NCBI GenBank assembly: GCA_050173015.1
Contig: JBFXLE010000034.1
Location: 1 to 24,769 of the forward strand
DNA: 24,769 nucleotides
Direction: 5' to 3'
DNA from: Calditrichaceae bacterium
Lineage (GTDB): Bacteria > Calditrichota > Calditrichia > Calditrichales > JBFXGD01
Shown here: positions 17,101 through 24,769 of the stretch, one piece after another
Layout: each line of letters starts with the position of its first letter
Numbering within the stretch: position 1 is the stretch's first letter
Made by a program: the position numbers and the translations under genes
Notes under the pieces: model-generated
Seen by the model: only the letters and a program-made list of their open reading frames with translations
Databases searched by the model: none
Told to the model about the DNA's origin: nothing

Positions 17101-18238
17101 GGTGACCATACCGGAATTATCCGGCTACACGCTTCCGGCTGTAATACTATCACCTCGTCTTAATGAGGCGGCGCAGAGTCCCACAGGTGTTATTGCCATT
17201 GACGCGAGCCTGAGATCGGTGTATGATTCCACTCACGTGCTGATTAATGGTGAAAATGTTCTGACAGCCCGGGCGGGAACAACTCTCGATACGCTGTTTC
17301 AGATTAATTATTCAGTGGAAAATCAGGAGGATGTGACCATAAATCTGCAATCGTTTAAGGATGAAGCAACGTATATGTCTTCATCAGAAACGATAACTGT
17401 TTATCCGCTGGCGTCACCGGTACCATCTTACTCCAGTAATTTTGATATTGGAAACACTGATTTTATTGGAAACGGATTTGAAGTGAGTACCCCGGCGGGA
17501 TTTGTGAACAGCGCTATTCACACGGCGCATCCTTATGATGTTCAGACGACACTGACATATCAACTTTCCGTGCCCATCGAGGTCGCGGCTTCAGAGGCGT
17601 TCTTTAACTATAAAGATATTGCCATTGTGGAGCCGGGTGAACCGGGAACCGTGTATGGTGATGATATGTTTTGGGATTTTGTGATCGCGGAAGCGACAGA
17701 GGATGGAATTAACTGGATACCGCTTCTCGATGGCTATGACGCCCGGTATGACGCTGATTGGCTAAATATCTATGATACGGGCGGTGATCCGACACCGGCT
17801 TTATTGAGAGTGCACAGTGTCAATTTGCTGGACTTTTTTGACGCCGGCAGTACGATACTGATTCGTTTCCGTCTTTTTTCCGACGCCAATACAACCGGTT
17901 GGGGATGGATCATTGATGACCTGGAGATTCAGGAATCCATTACAGCCATTGGTTCTGACGAGCCACTTGTACCCGCGGTGTTTAATCTCTCACAGAATTA
18001 TCCAAATCCGTTTAATCCGGCAACCAGAATTAATTTTTCATTACCGGTTAACGGAAAAGTGACCCTGCAGATCTATAACGCTCTCGGCCAGAAAGTGGCG
18101 ACGCTGGTTGACGGGAGTATGAAAGCGGGAAATCATACCGTTGAGTGGAACGCGGCGAATATGGCCAGCGGACTCTACTTCTACAAAATTCAGGCGGATA
18201 ATTTCAGCAGCGTGAAGAAAATGATACTGCTGAAATAG
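14138..18238 (+). CDS. large secreted Asp-box/BNR beta-propeller protein (sortilin/VPS10/GH74-like) with C-terminal T9SS-type/FlgD-Ig sorting domain
   Basis: N-terminal hydrophobic leader and about 11 Asp-box repeats (e.g. KTTDMGQTW, KSEDRGETW, STDGGVTW, STDAGDTW, SEDAGATW, STDGGTTW, TTDLGQTW, SLDNGVSW). Also ATHGRGIW, a MAM/adhesin-like IRFRLFSD..GWGWIIDD, and the tail FNLSQNYPNPFNP...ASGLYFY...KKMILLK. Confidence 0.88.
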   Translation: MTRRGLSAGIFLSFLIIIAFLISVNRDQTFSLKTTANNLLLDETNHTQVIDTKKAIVKGKGIWSERKKKIKGFAKSDAPDMYAQIHREIRTRDGEQNPGYKLNYKIDELNKAVSGLSLKSLNKSAAALDWVERGPGNVSGRTRGLIVDPDDATHMTWFAGSVGGGIWKTTDMGQTWVDKTPDLPNLATTVLAMAESNHDIIYAGTGEGFFNSDAVNGNGIFKSEDRGETWTQLTSTANNLDFQNINRIVVSPTDPDVVLSCANTGFVVSSGSRTSTIQKSTDGGVTWTEVYDAGGSRIQHIVANPQNFNTLYATVNGVGVVKSTDAGDTWQLSSDGIGAASRIELAIAPTDTARIYIAVENGEESDLYVSEDAGATWTISLDQSETNPKWLGGQGWYDNTIAAHPYNEDIVFVGGIDVWKIELQPGTDTTSAITGVEQNNTQSFFGFINWGGPYAGGGLGTGDDFLGSAGVEPEDYATVEIRFGPGISQKAHRFVRDGVTGDYLYQDYVDVPFEVWDITNNRQLMTSFRDWANNGVFDLIAYDGNNLQREYIFVNATPYDAVNPDATIPQTNGFMWKNIYAMWPILATGGTWDPNNLPESNLRINYETVITKVRLTTPVTDGYNQYGKPYIHVDQHNLVMIPTNPETEEFWILNGNDGGVAYSTDGGTTWAEALNGGYNTTQFYGVDKKPGANEYIGGTQDNGTWRSPKAEDANLNSVYLKQLGGDGFETSWHYTDPLKIAVSSQFNNIWRTLDGGLSYLPASDGLGDDGAFITKIAKSQSDPDLLFTVGSAGVYRTDNFAENWTLTPISADWGFSSSFTEVKISIANPQIVWAGANMGSSGKIQVSVDGGLNFSSTVNYDAVTLGRISGLDTHPIEDSTAYVLFSIANAPKILRTTDLGQTWQDISGFGANSSSGNGFPDVATYSLLVMPYNTDILWAGTEIGIFQSLDNGVSWAYLNEGLPAAAVWDMRIVDDQVVVATHGRGIWSVTIPELSGYTLPAVILSPRLNEAAQSPTGVIAIDASLRSVYDSTHVLINGENVLTARAGTTLDTLFQINYSVENQEDVTINLQSFKDEATYMSSSETITVYPLASPVPSYSSNFDIGNTDFIGNGFEVSTPAGFVNSAIHTAHPYDVQTTLTYQLSVPIEVAASEAFFNYKDIAIVEPGEPGTVYGDDMFWDFVIAEATEDGINWIPLLDGYDARYDADWLNIYDTGGDPTPALLRVHSVNLLDFFDAGSTILIRFRLFSDANTTGWGWIIDDLEIQESITAIGSDEPLVPAVFNLSQNYPNPFNPATRINFSLPVNGKVTLQIYNALGQKVATLVDGSMKAGNHTVEWNAANMASGLYFYKIQADNFSSVKKMILLK

Positions 18239-18244
18239 CATAAT

Positions 18245-18279
18245 AAACAGCCGGTCCCCAAAACGGGGCCGGCTTTTTT
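18245..18279. terminator. intrinsic terminator between convergent genes
   Basis: Hairpin AGCCGGTCCC...GGGGCCGGCT followed by a T-tract, immediately after the stop at 18238. Confidence 0.8.
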
Positions 18280-18673
18280 ATTCTTTTTTCTTTCCGATCA
18301 TTTCATTCAGAATTTCCCCTTTTTCCATTCCGGTATGCAGACTGATCTTATCACGGACATCCGCGAGGATGTAGAAGAGTTTATCGGTAGGTAAACCCGT
18401 AAAATCCCTTCCGTCCAGTTCATTTTTCAGCCGGGTGTACAGCTCACCAAGATGATCCAGTCGTTTCAAATTTGATAATTCATATCGTTCTATCAGTTTA
18501 TCATACTCGACGGCTTTCAGGGTTTGAAGCTCCTGTTTAAGATCAATGCTCCAGCGGATCAGCTTCTCTTTTTCAATCCCCAGTTCATTAGAAATGGTCT
18601 CGAAGGATTTACCTTCCACAACACGCAACTGCAAAAACTTCTGCTGAGGTTCGGTCAGAGTCTGTTTTTTCAT
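18278..18673 (-). CDS. hypothetical protein with N-terminal helix-turn-helix
   Basis: FLQLRVVEGKSFETISNELGIEKEKLIRW is HTH-like (sigma70 region 4/HTH_23 type), followed by a helical or coiled region. RBS AAAGG. Confidence 0.7.
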   Translation of the reverse strand: MKKQTLTEPQQKFLQLRVVEGKSFETISNELGIEKEKLIRWSIDLKQELQTLKAVEYDKLIERYELSNLKRLDHLGELYTRLKNELDGRDFTGLPTDKLFYILADVRDKISLHTGMEKGEILNEMIGKKKE

Positions 18674-18724
18674 GGGTCGCCTTTCTTTATTGTTGATTAT
18701 ATTATGCCCGCGTAATAAATGGTA

Positions 18725-20221
18725 TCAGGAAAATAACCGGTTGGCCAGGGAGGCCAGTTCCGATTTTACCGAGTTATCCGTCTCAATGTCATCAAATGAA
18801 ATACTGTATTCTTTTCCGGATAAAACCGCCGGCATCAACCGTGTTTTTTTCGCGGAAATCAACCTGCTAAGATTACGCGCCATACGCTGAGCAAGCATGA
18901 TATCCAGGTTATTCGGACTCGCACCCCTTATATCACGTGAAAAACCTTCACAAATCACTTTTTGTGAGGTGTCCAGTCCGGCGGCTGTCAGCTCATCCCT
19001 AAAATACTCAGCGGCGTTTCCCGTATAGCCTTCTGCCCTGCGTTCATCGCGTTTATAGCCTTCAGCCACAACAATCACCGTCTCGCTTCTTGGATTAATG
19101 GCTTTCACCATCTTCTTCATATCATAACGTGAAGAGGGCAGAACAGCAAGATGCGCGCCCGCTCCCAGGGCCGAATGCAGGGCGTGATAACCGCCCTGAG
19201 CGCCCATCATCTCGATGATATAGCATCGTTTGTGGGTCCTAGCGTCCGCCATGTAACAGCGTATTTTTTCCGCGCCGACCTCCACCCCGGTAAATTCCCC
19301 GATGCAATCGGTGCCGTATATGTCGCTGTCGATTGTAACCGGGACAAAAAACGTCTGAATTTCAACCGGCAGCAGCCTGGATAAAGCGTTAATTCCGGCA
19401 AAGGTACCGTTCCCGCCGATGCCGATTACCGTTTTGACTTTACGATCCTGAATATTCTGAGCCGCGATCTTCTGAATTTCTTCTTTTTTAAAATCAGGAA
19501 ATCTTTCAGCCCGGAAATTCGCTCCCCTGCTTTCGCGCAATGGCGGTGAGAACATGACGCCGGGGATATGATCGAGTTGGTCATATAAATCCCGGTGATA
19601 AATCAGACAGCGGTAATCTTCGGTTTTGCCTGATACAACCGATTTAAATCCTTCGGCTGCGATAAAGACTTTGTGCCCGGCTTTTTCAAGATATTCGGAT
19701 AGAAAAGCGGTAATGGGATTATATCCCGGGGCGCATCCGCCGTCCTGAATAAGCAGCACGTCCATTTCCCTGTAAAGAGCGCTGCCTTCACGAACATAAG
19801 TGGTCACCAGTCTGGAAAATCCGCGGTAAATTCTGACCGCTGTTTTTGAAGGTATTTTTTTCTCATCATCAAGATCATTTCCTTCAAAACTAAAAATGTG
19901 ACCTTTTGTCACCGCCCGCACACTTCCTGTACGCGGTCTGTCATCGATTAAAGCGACTTCGCCAAAAAAATCACCTCGGGTAAATGTTTTTACCATGCGG
20001 CCCATTTTCTCAAAACAAAACTCCCCTTTTGAAACAATGAATGCCGATGTACCGGTTTCTCCTTCGCTGATCACAATCTCACCGGCTTCATATTCATATT
20101 TGGTCAGCAGGGGAATCAGCAATCTGATTTCATCATCACTCAGCTTTTCAAAAGGCAGGGCGGTTTTTAAAATTTTGAATATATCCTGATCATCGGATTT
20201 GAATTGAAGTGTTTTTGGCAC
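18725..20221 (-). CDS. cyclic-nucleotide-binding domain fused to a 6-phosphofructokinase (PfkA-family) domain
   Basis: N-terminal cNMP domain (GEIVISEGETG..FIVSKG, GDFFGEVALIDDRPRTGSVRA). C-terminal PfkA motifs GGCAPGYN, RFPDF, IGGNGT, PVTIDSD, IEMMGA, VAEG and IRGASP. GTG start with AAGGA RBS. Confidence 0.88.
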   Translation of the reverse strand: MPKTLQFKSDDQDIFKILKTALPFEKLSDDEIRLLIPLLTKYEYEAGEIVISEGETGTSAFIVSKGEFCFEKMGRMVKTFTRGDFFGEVALIDDRPRTGSVRAVTKGHIFSFEGNDLDDEKKIPSKTAVRIYRGFSRLVTTYVREGSALYREMDVLLIQDGGCAPGYNPITAFLSEYLEKAGHKVFIAAEGFKSVVSGKTEDYRCLIYHRDLYDQLDHIPGVMFSPPLRESRGANFRAERFPDFKKEEIQKIAAQNIQDRKVKTVIGIGGNGTFAGINALSRLLPVEIQTFFVPVTIDSDIYGTDCIGEFTGVEVGAEKIRCYMADARTHKRCYIIEMMGAQGGYHALHSALGAGAHLAVLPSSRYDMKKMVKAINPRSETVIVVAEGYKRDERRAEGYTGNAAEYFRDELTAAGLDTSQKVICEGFSRDIRGASPNNLDIMLAQRMARNLSRLISAKKTRLMPAVLSGKEYSISFDDIETDNSVKSELASLANRLFS

Positions 20222-20751
20222 AGCTGCTTCCTTTCGAGGGGATTTTATCCAATAAAATTTTGAGCGCGTGATGATAATCTAAGGATTATCAGAGTTTAAT
20301 AAAATAGCGAAAGTAGATACTACCCAAAAATTAAATAATTTTCAGAGAATCTTTTTGAGACATAATGAGCTGCGGAAATTTTAAGATCTCCGCAGGCCGG
20401 GGGTTAACAAATTACCGGTAAATCCGGCAGAAAAGCGACGTACTTGCAAGTTGTCCCGGTAATTTGCAAGTTTATATTTTGTTTTCAAAATGAATCTATT
20501 TGTAATGCATTCCGTACTAAAGATGTGAAACCGGGTTCGATGAAAGAACATAGTTTTTCAATAAGGCAATAAATGATAATAAATATGCGTTAAGTGCTGA
20601 GAATTTGAAATTGGCTTATCCATTAAAATTCATTCTTATAATATTTTTCCAGGCCGGTCTTAATTCGGAGCATCGTTCTTTTTTATAACAGGATTTTATA
20701 TAGATGATCTTAATCAATATTTTTAATTCGCAAAGAATAAAGGAGATTTGC

Positions 20752-23499
20752 ATGCGAAAAAAATCAATGTTGTCTTTCTTTTTAGTCCTCATTTTTTCAG
20801 GTTTGATGCTAACACCGGTCTTTGGCGGTGATCAGCCTAAAATCAATATTCCGTATCAGAAATTTGTTCTTGATAACGGATTAACGCTGATAGTTCATGA
20901 AGATCATAAGGCGCCGATTGTGGCGGTCAATGTGTGGTATCATGTGGGTTCCAAGAATGAAAAATCCGGGAAAACCGGTTTTGCCCATCTTTTTGAACAT
21001 CTCATGTTTAACGGAAGCGAAAATTTTGATGATGATTATTTTCAGGCGCTTGAAAGAGTCGGAGCGACGGATCTCAATGGTACCACGAATCGCGACCGCA
21101 CCAATTATTTCCAGAACGTCCCGACCAACGCGGTCGATGTGGCGCTTTGGATGGAATCGGACCGTATGGGACATCTGGTTGGAGCGATTACTCAGGAAAA
21201 ACTGGATGAGCAGCGGGGGGTGGTTCAAAATGAAAAACGTCAGGGTGAAAATCAGCCGTACGGCAGAGTTTGGGAAGCCATTACAAGGAATTCCTATCCG
21301 GCCGGACATCCCTATTCCTGGTCAACAATCGGTTCAATGGAAGATCTGAACGCCGCGAGTCTTGATGATGTGCATGAATGGTTCAAAACTTATTACGGCC
21401 CGTCAAACGCGGTTTTGGTTGTCGCGGGTGATATTGACGCCAAAACGGCAAAAGAAAAAGTTGAAGCCTATTTTGGCGATATTCCGGCCGGGCCTCCCAT
21501 CTCCAAGTATGATACATGGGTGGCAAAGCGCACGGGCTCCCATCGCGAGATTATGGAAGACCGTGTCCCGCAGTCACGAATCTATAAAGTCTGGAATATC
21601 CCGAAATGGGGCAGCGCGGATTTTGAATATCTGAATCTGGTGAGCGATCTTATGTCAGCGGGCAAAACCTCCCGTCTGTATAAGCGCCTGGTGTACGATG
21701 ATCAGATTGCCACGGAGGTGAGTGCCTATGTGTGGGATGGGGAAATAGCCAGTCAGTTTATCATCGAAGCGACTGCCAGGCCGGATGAAGATCTGGCCAA
21801 GGTTGAGAAAGCCATCGATGAGGAGCTTGCTAAGTTTTTGTTAAACGGCCCGTCCGAAAGTGAATTGAATCGGGTAAAAACCCAATACATGGCCTCTTTT
21901 GTCCGCGGAGTGGAGAGAATCGGCGGATTTGGCGGAAAAAGCGATATTCTGGCCAGAAATGAAGTGTTTGGCGGAAGTCCGGATTTTTATAAAACGATTC
22001 TGAACTATGTGAATTCAGCGAAAGTGACCGACCTGCAAAAAACGGCAAAAAAATGGCTGAGCGACGGCGTTTATGTGCTTGAAGTTCGTCCTTTCCCGGA
22101 ATTTAAAACAAAAGAGAGCATTGTCAGTCGTGACGCGCTTCCGGAAACAGGCGAGCCGCCGGTGGCGAAATTTCCAACTCTTCAGTTGGGTAAACTTTCA
22201 AACGGGATGAAAATCATTCTTGCCGAACGCCATTCCGTCCCGGTAGTGAATTTTAATCTTATGATTGACGCCGGTTACGCTTCCGATCAGTTCTCCGCTC
22301 CCGGTACCGCAAAACTGGCGATGGATATGCTGGATGAGGGTACAAAATCCCGCACCGCATTACAGATCAGCGAAGAGCTGGCCCAGTTAGGCGCTACGAT
22401 AAGCGCCGGTTCCAATCTGGATGTTTCCTTTGTAAATCTTTCTACGCTTAAATCGAATCTGGATAAGTCCCTTGCAATTTACGCGGATGTTATTCTTAAT
22501 CCGTCATTCCCGAAAGATGACTTTAGCCGTATGCAAAAGCAGATGCTGGCATCCATCCGCCGTGAAAAGGCGACACCGGTCCAGATGGCGTTGCGTGTTT
22601 TCCCGGGTATCCTTTACGGAGAGAAGCACGCTTACGGGAATCCGTTGACCGGATCAGGTACGGAAGAGTCCGTTTCCGCTTTTAAAACATCCGATCTGGA
22701 AGCATTCCACAAAACCTGGTTCCGGCCGAATAACGCTACTCTGGTCATCACGGGTGATATTACGATGAATGAAATTAAATCCAAAGTCGAAAGTTTATTT
22801 AAAAACTGGAAACCGGGTGATGTCCCTGTCAAGAATATTAGTCAGGTAGCACAGAAAACAAAACCGGTGGTTTATATCATGGACCGTCCGGGATCGCTTC
22901 AATCGATTATTTTTGCCGGGCATGTGGCGCCTCCCAAGAACAATCCTGACGAAATCGCCATCGAAACCATGAATAATGTTCTTGGCGGCACATTTACATC
23001 CAGAGTTAATATGAATCTCCGGGAAGATAAACACTGGGCATACGGCGCCTTCACTTTTATGTTCGACGCGCGCGGTCAAAGACCGTTTATAGCTTACGCT
23101 CCGGTGCAGACGGATAAGACAAAAGAATCAATGGTGGAAATTGAGAAAGAGCTTAAAGAAATTATCGGAACACGTCCTCCGACAATGGAAGAGTTTACTA
23201 AAAACCAACAGAGCCAAATTCTTGAGCTTCCCGGAAAATGGGAAACCGTAGGCGCTGTCGGCAGTTCCATTAGTGATATTGTTCAGTACGGTTATCCGGA
23301 TAACTATTATGATACATTCGCCACGAAGATCCGTGACCTTAATCTTGATCAAATTTCATCAGCCGCTAAAAAAGTCGTTCACCCTGAAGGTTTGGTTTGG
23401 GTGATTGTCGGTGACCGGAGCAAGGTTGAATCCGGAATAAAAGAGCTTGGATTTGGAGAAATCCACATGCTGGACGCCGACGGGAAAATAATTAATTAA
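20752..23499 (+). CDS. M16 family zinc metallopeptidase (pitrilysin/PqqL-like), secreted
   Basis: RBS AAGGAG before ATG 20752, a signal peptide, WYHVGS, GFAHLFEH (HxxEH), a second M16 half (LSNGMKIIL, EGT) and NLREDKHWAYG. Confidence 0.93.
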   Translation: MRKKSMLSFFLVLIFSGLMLTPVFGGDQPKINIPYQKFVLDNGLTLIVHEDHKAPIVAVNVWYHVGSKNEKSGKTGFAHLFEHLMFNGSENFDDDYFQALERVGATDLNGTTNRDRTNYFQNVPTNAVDVALWMESDRMGHLVGAITQEKLDEQRGVVQNEKRQGENQPYGRVWEAITRNSYPAGHPYSWSTIGSMEDLNAASLDDVHEWFKTYYGPSNAVLVVAGDIDAKTAKEKVEAYFGDIPAGPPISKYDTWVAKRTGSHREIMEDRVPQSRIYKVWNIPKWGSADFEYLNLVSDLMSAGKTSRLYKRLVYDDQIATEVSAYVWDGEIASQFIIEATARPDEDLAKVEKAIDEELAKFLLNGPSESELNRVKTQYMASFVRGVERIGGFGGKSDILARNEVFGGSPDFYKTILNYVNSAKVTDLQKTAKKWLSDGVYVLEVRPFPEFKTKESIVSRDALPETGEPPVAKFPTLQLGKLSNGMKIILAERHSVPVVNFNLMIDAGYASDQFSAPGTAKLAMDMLDEGTKSRTALQISEELAQLGATISAGSNLDVSFVNLSTLKSNLDKSLAIYADVILNPSFPKDDFSRMQKQMLASIRREKATPVQMALRVFPGILYGEKHAYGNPLTGSGTEESVSAFKTSDLEAFHKTWFRPNNATLVITGDITMNEIKSKVESLFKNWKPGDVPVKNISQVAQKTKPVVYIMDRPGSLQSIIFAGHVAPPKNNPDEIAIETMNNVLGGTFTSRVNMNLREDKHWAYGAFTFMFDARGQRPFIAYAPVQTDKTKESMVEIEKELKEIIGTRPPTMEEFTKNQQSQILELPGKWETVGAVGSSISDIVQYGYPDNYYDTFATKIRDLNLDQISSAAKKVVHPEGLVWVIVGDRSKVESGIKELGFGEIHMLDADGKIIN

Positions 23500-23516
23500 G
23501 AAATGGTAAACCATAC

Positions 23517-23551
23517 AAAAAGCCCTGAGCAATAGCATCAGGGCTTTTTTT
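23517..23551 (+). terminator. intrinsic terminator after the M16 peptidase gene
   Basis: Inverted repeat AAAAAGCCCTGA / TCAGGGCTTTTT followed by further T residues. Confidence 0.85.
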
Positions 23552-23652
23552 GTTTTATGCGTGGCATGAAGAAATTTTCGGGTAGAAATTAGCGTTCAGC
23601 TCTCTATCAATACCTAACGGAAGAACTATTACACAATTAAGGAGTGACGGCC

Positions 23653-24135
23653 ATGAATAAGCTAATTCCAGCCATGTTTTTGTTGTTTATCATATTTTTT
23701 AGTTCGAAAAACGGATATACCCACTGCGAAATCCCTTGCGGTATCTATGATGATCAGATGCGTATCGATATGATTTCCGAACATATCGATACGATTGAAA
23801 AATCGATGAATCAGATCATTGAGCTGCAAAAAGCTCCGGTGGTGAATTATAATCAGCTTGTCCGCTGGATTAATAATAAAGATGATCACTCAGAACAATT
23901 ACAGCATATCGTAACGCAGTATTTTATGACCCAAAGATTAAAACCGGTAACAGCCGATAAAAAAGAAGAGTATCAGAAATATATCAAACAACTCTCTTTG
24001 CTGCATGAAATGCTTGTTTACTCAATGAAAACAAAACAAACGATTGATGTTGAAAACATTTCGAAATTGAGAACTTTGCTACAGGATTTCTCGGTGTCCT
24101 ATTTTGGACCGGACTATAAAAGACATGAGCATTGA
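23653..24135 (+). CDS. sodN: nickel superoxide dismutase precursor
   Basis: Ni-hook HCEIPCGIYD (HCxxPCxxY) after a leader, followed by helical-bundle-like sequence (NQLVRWINNKDDH, YFMTQR, KTKQ). RBS AAGGAG 8 nt before ATG 23653; GTG 23644 is an alternative start. Confidence 0.92.
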   Translation: MNKLIPAMFLLFIIFFSSKNGYTHCEIPCGIYDDQMRIDMISEHIDTIEKSMNQIIELQKAPVVNYNQLVRWINNKDDHSEQLQHIVTQYFMTQRLKPVTADKKEEYQKYIKQLSLLHEMLVYSMKTKQTIDVENISKLRTLLQDFSVSYFGPDYKRHEH

Positions 24136-24330
24136 GAAAGTAGGAAGTGAGAAGTAGGAAGTAGGAAGTTAAGAAAAAAGATAAAAGAAAAAAGAAAAAA
24201 GAGTAAGAATGAATTGTTTCCCCCTTGCCGAAAGGGGGACTAAGGGGGTTGTTTCGTAGTCAAAGTAAGAAGTAGGAAGTAAGAATTTAAGAGCGTTAAG
24301 AGTTAAGAGTGTAAGAGTTAAGGGTAGGGC
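24136..24330 (+). repeat. purine-rich heptamer repeat tracts flanking a CCCCCTT-N5-AAGGGGG hairpin
   Basis: AAGTAGG/AAGTGAG/AAGTAAG/AGTTAAG units at about 24138-24175 and 24263-24322. Hairpin TCCCCCTT (24219-24226) / AAGGGGGA (24232-24239). Confidence 0.8.
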
Positions 24331-24356
24331 GGGCCAAGCGAAAAATTGGGTCTCTC

Positions 24357-24561
24357 ATCCCGGAGAGATTACACGTTGATAGAAAAACAAACCCTGCAAC
24401 ATCCTTCGGCTCCGTCAGGGTTTTTATCAAATTACCAATATTTATCATTATTTCGGGGGTTTTCAATGCACCCATCAACCCCAATCCCGAAGGGATGATA
24501 TTATTATAGAAAAGACAACCCCACAACATCCCGCGACCCCGTCAGGGGTCGTACAATTACC
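24357..24561 (+). repeat. two degenerate ~80-bp direct repeats containing REP-like hairpins
   Basis: 24357-24436 aligns with 24484-24561 (ATCCCG..GAT..ATAGAAAA..ACAA.CCC..CAACATCC..CCGTCAGGG..AATTACC). The second copy has the hairpins ATCCC-GAA-GGGAT and CGACCCC-GTCA-GGGGTCG (24534-24551). Confidence 0.7.
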
Positions 24562-24660
24562 GCGGGAATCCCTATTCTGCCGGGCAGGATAATTTGATTG
24601 TTAATCCCAAAGCAATCGTTTGGATTCTTTGGGGCGAATATTCTGTTCGGTAAATATAAT

Positions 24661-24698
24661 GTTCTTTTCCCTTGATGGAAAAGAACCAAAAGATCAAG
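24661..24698. repeat. palindromic extragenic element
   Basis: GTTCTTTTCC (24661-24670) / GGAAAAGAAC (24677-24686) form a perfect 10-bp stem. The loop CTTGAT is complementary to ATCAAG (24693-24698). Confidence 0.65.
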
Positions 24699-24769
24699 GC
24701 TGTCCAAAAAAATCGGGAAATTCTACGGCTCGCTGCACTGAAATTCTTAAACTCGCCCGCCTGGCGGCG

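Noticed and set aside
149-23889. Numerous short antisense or alternate-frame ORFs in the track (e.g. 2001-2450, 4243-4794, 16725-17153, 20897-21349)
   Set aside because: They overlap well-supported genes and show no recognisable domains, so they are treated as shadow ORFs.
20752-24135. M16 peptidase acting as the SodN maturase
   Set aside because: A strong terminator separates the genes, and known SodN maturases are S26-type. Adjacency is the only support.
24136-24561. CRISPR array
   Set aside because: The repeats are heptameric or two degenerate copies, with no constant repeat-spacer periodicity and no cas genes.
24296-24707. ORFs 24296-24529 and 24504-24707 (minus strand)
   Set aside because: They are translations of repeat/palindrome DNA with no recognisable motif or RBS.

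Overview
Bacterial chromosomal window, probably Calditrichota/Ignavibacteriota/KSB1-type, judged from the 'LSQNYPNPFNP' sorting tail on a large secreted protein (inference). The left 11.5 kb is a tightly coupled minus-strand 10-gene operon. It encodes 2 GT4 glycosyltransferases, a Wzx-like flippase, a winged-helix/nucleotidyltransferase-like protein, 3 cobalamin-binding radical SAM enzymes and 3 class I SAM methyltransferases. This looks like an uncharacterised pathway for a heavily methylated or radical-modified exported glycan or glycolipid. The rest holds a DUF2784-like membrane protein, a parvulin PPIase lipoprotein, a small lipoprotein behind a perfect sigma70 promoter, a 1366-aa Asp-box beta-propeller protein with a C-terminal sorting domain, an HTH protein, an unusual cNMP-binding/phosphofructokinase fusion with altered active-site motifs, an M16 zinc peptidase and a nickel superoxide dismutase (sodN) with a signal-peptide-like leader. 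Both ends carry the same purine-rich heptamer repeat, and the right end is a patchwork of REP-like palindromes. No rRNA, tRNA, CRISPR array or transposase was recognised.
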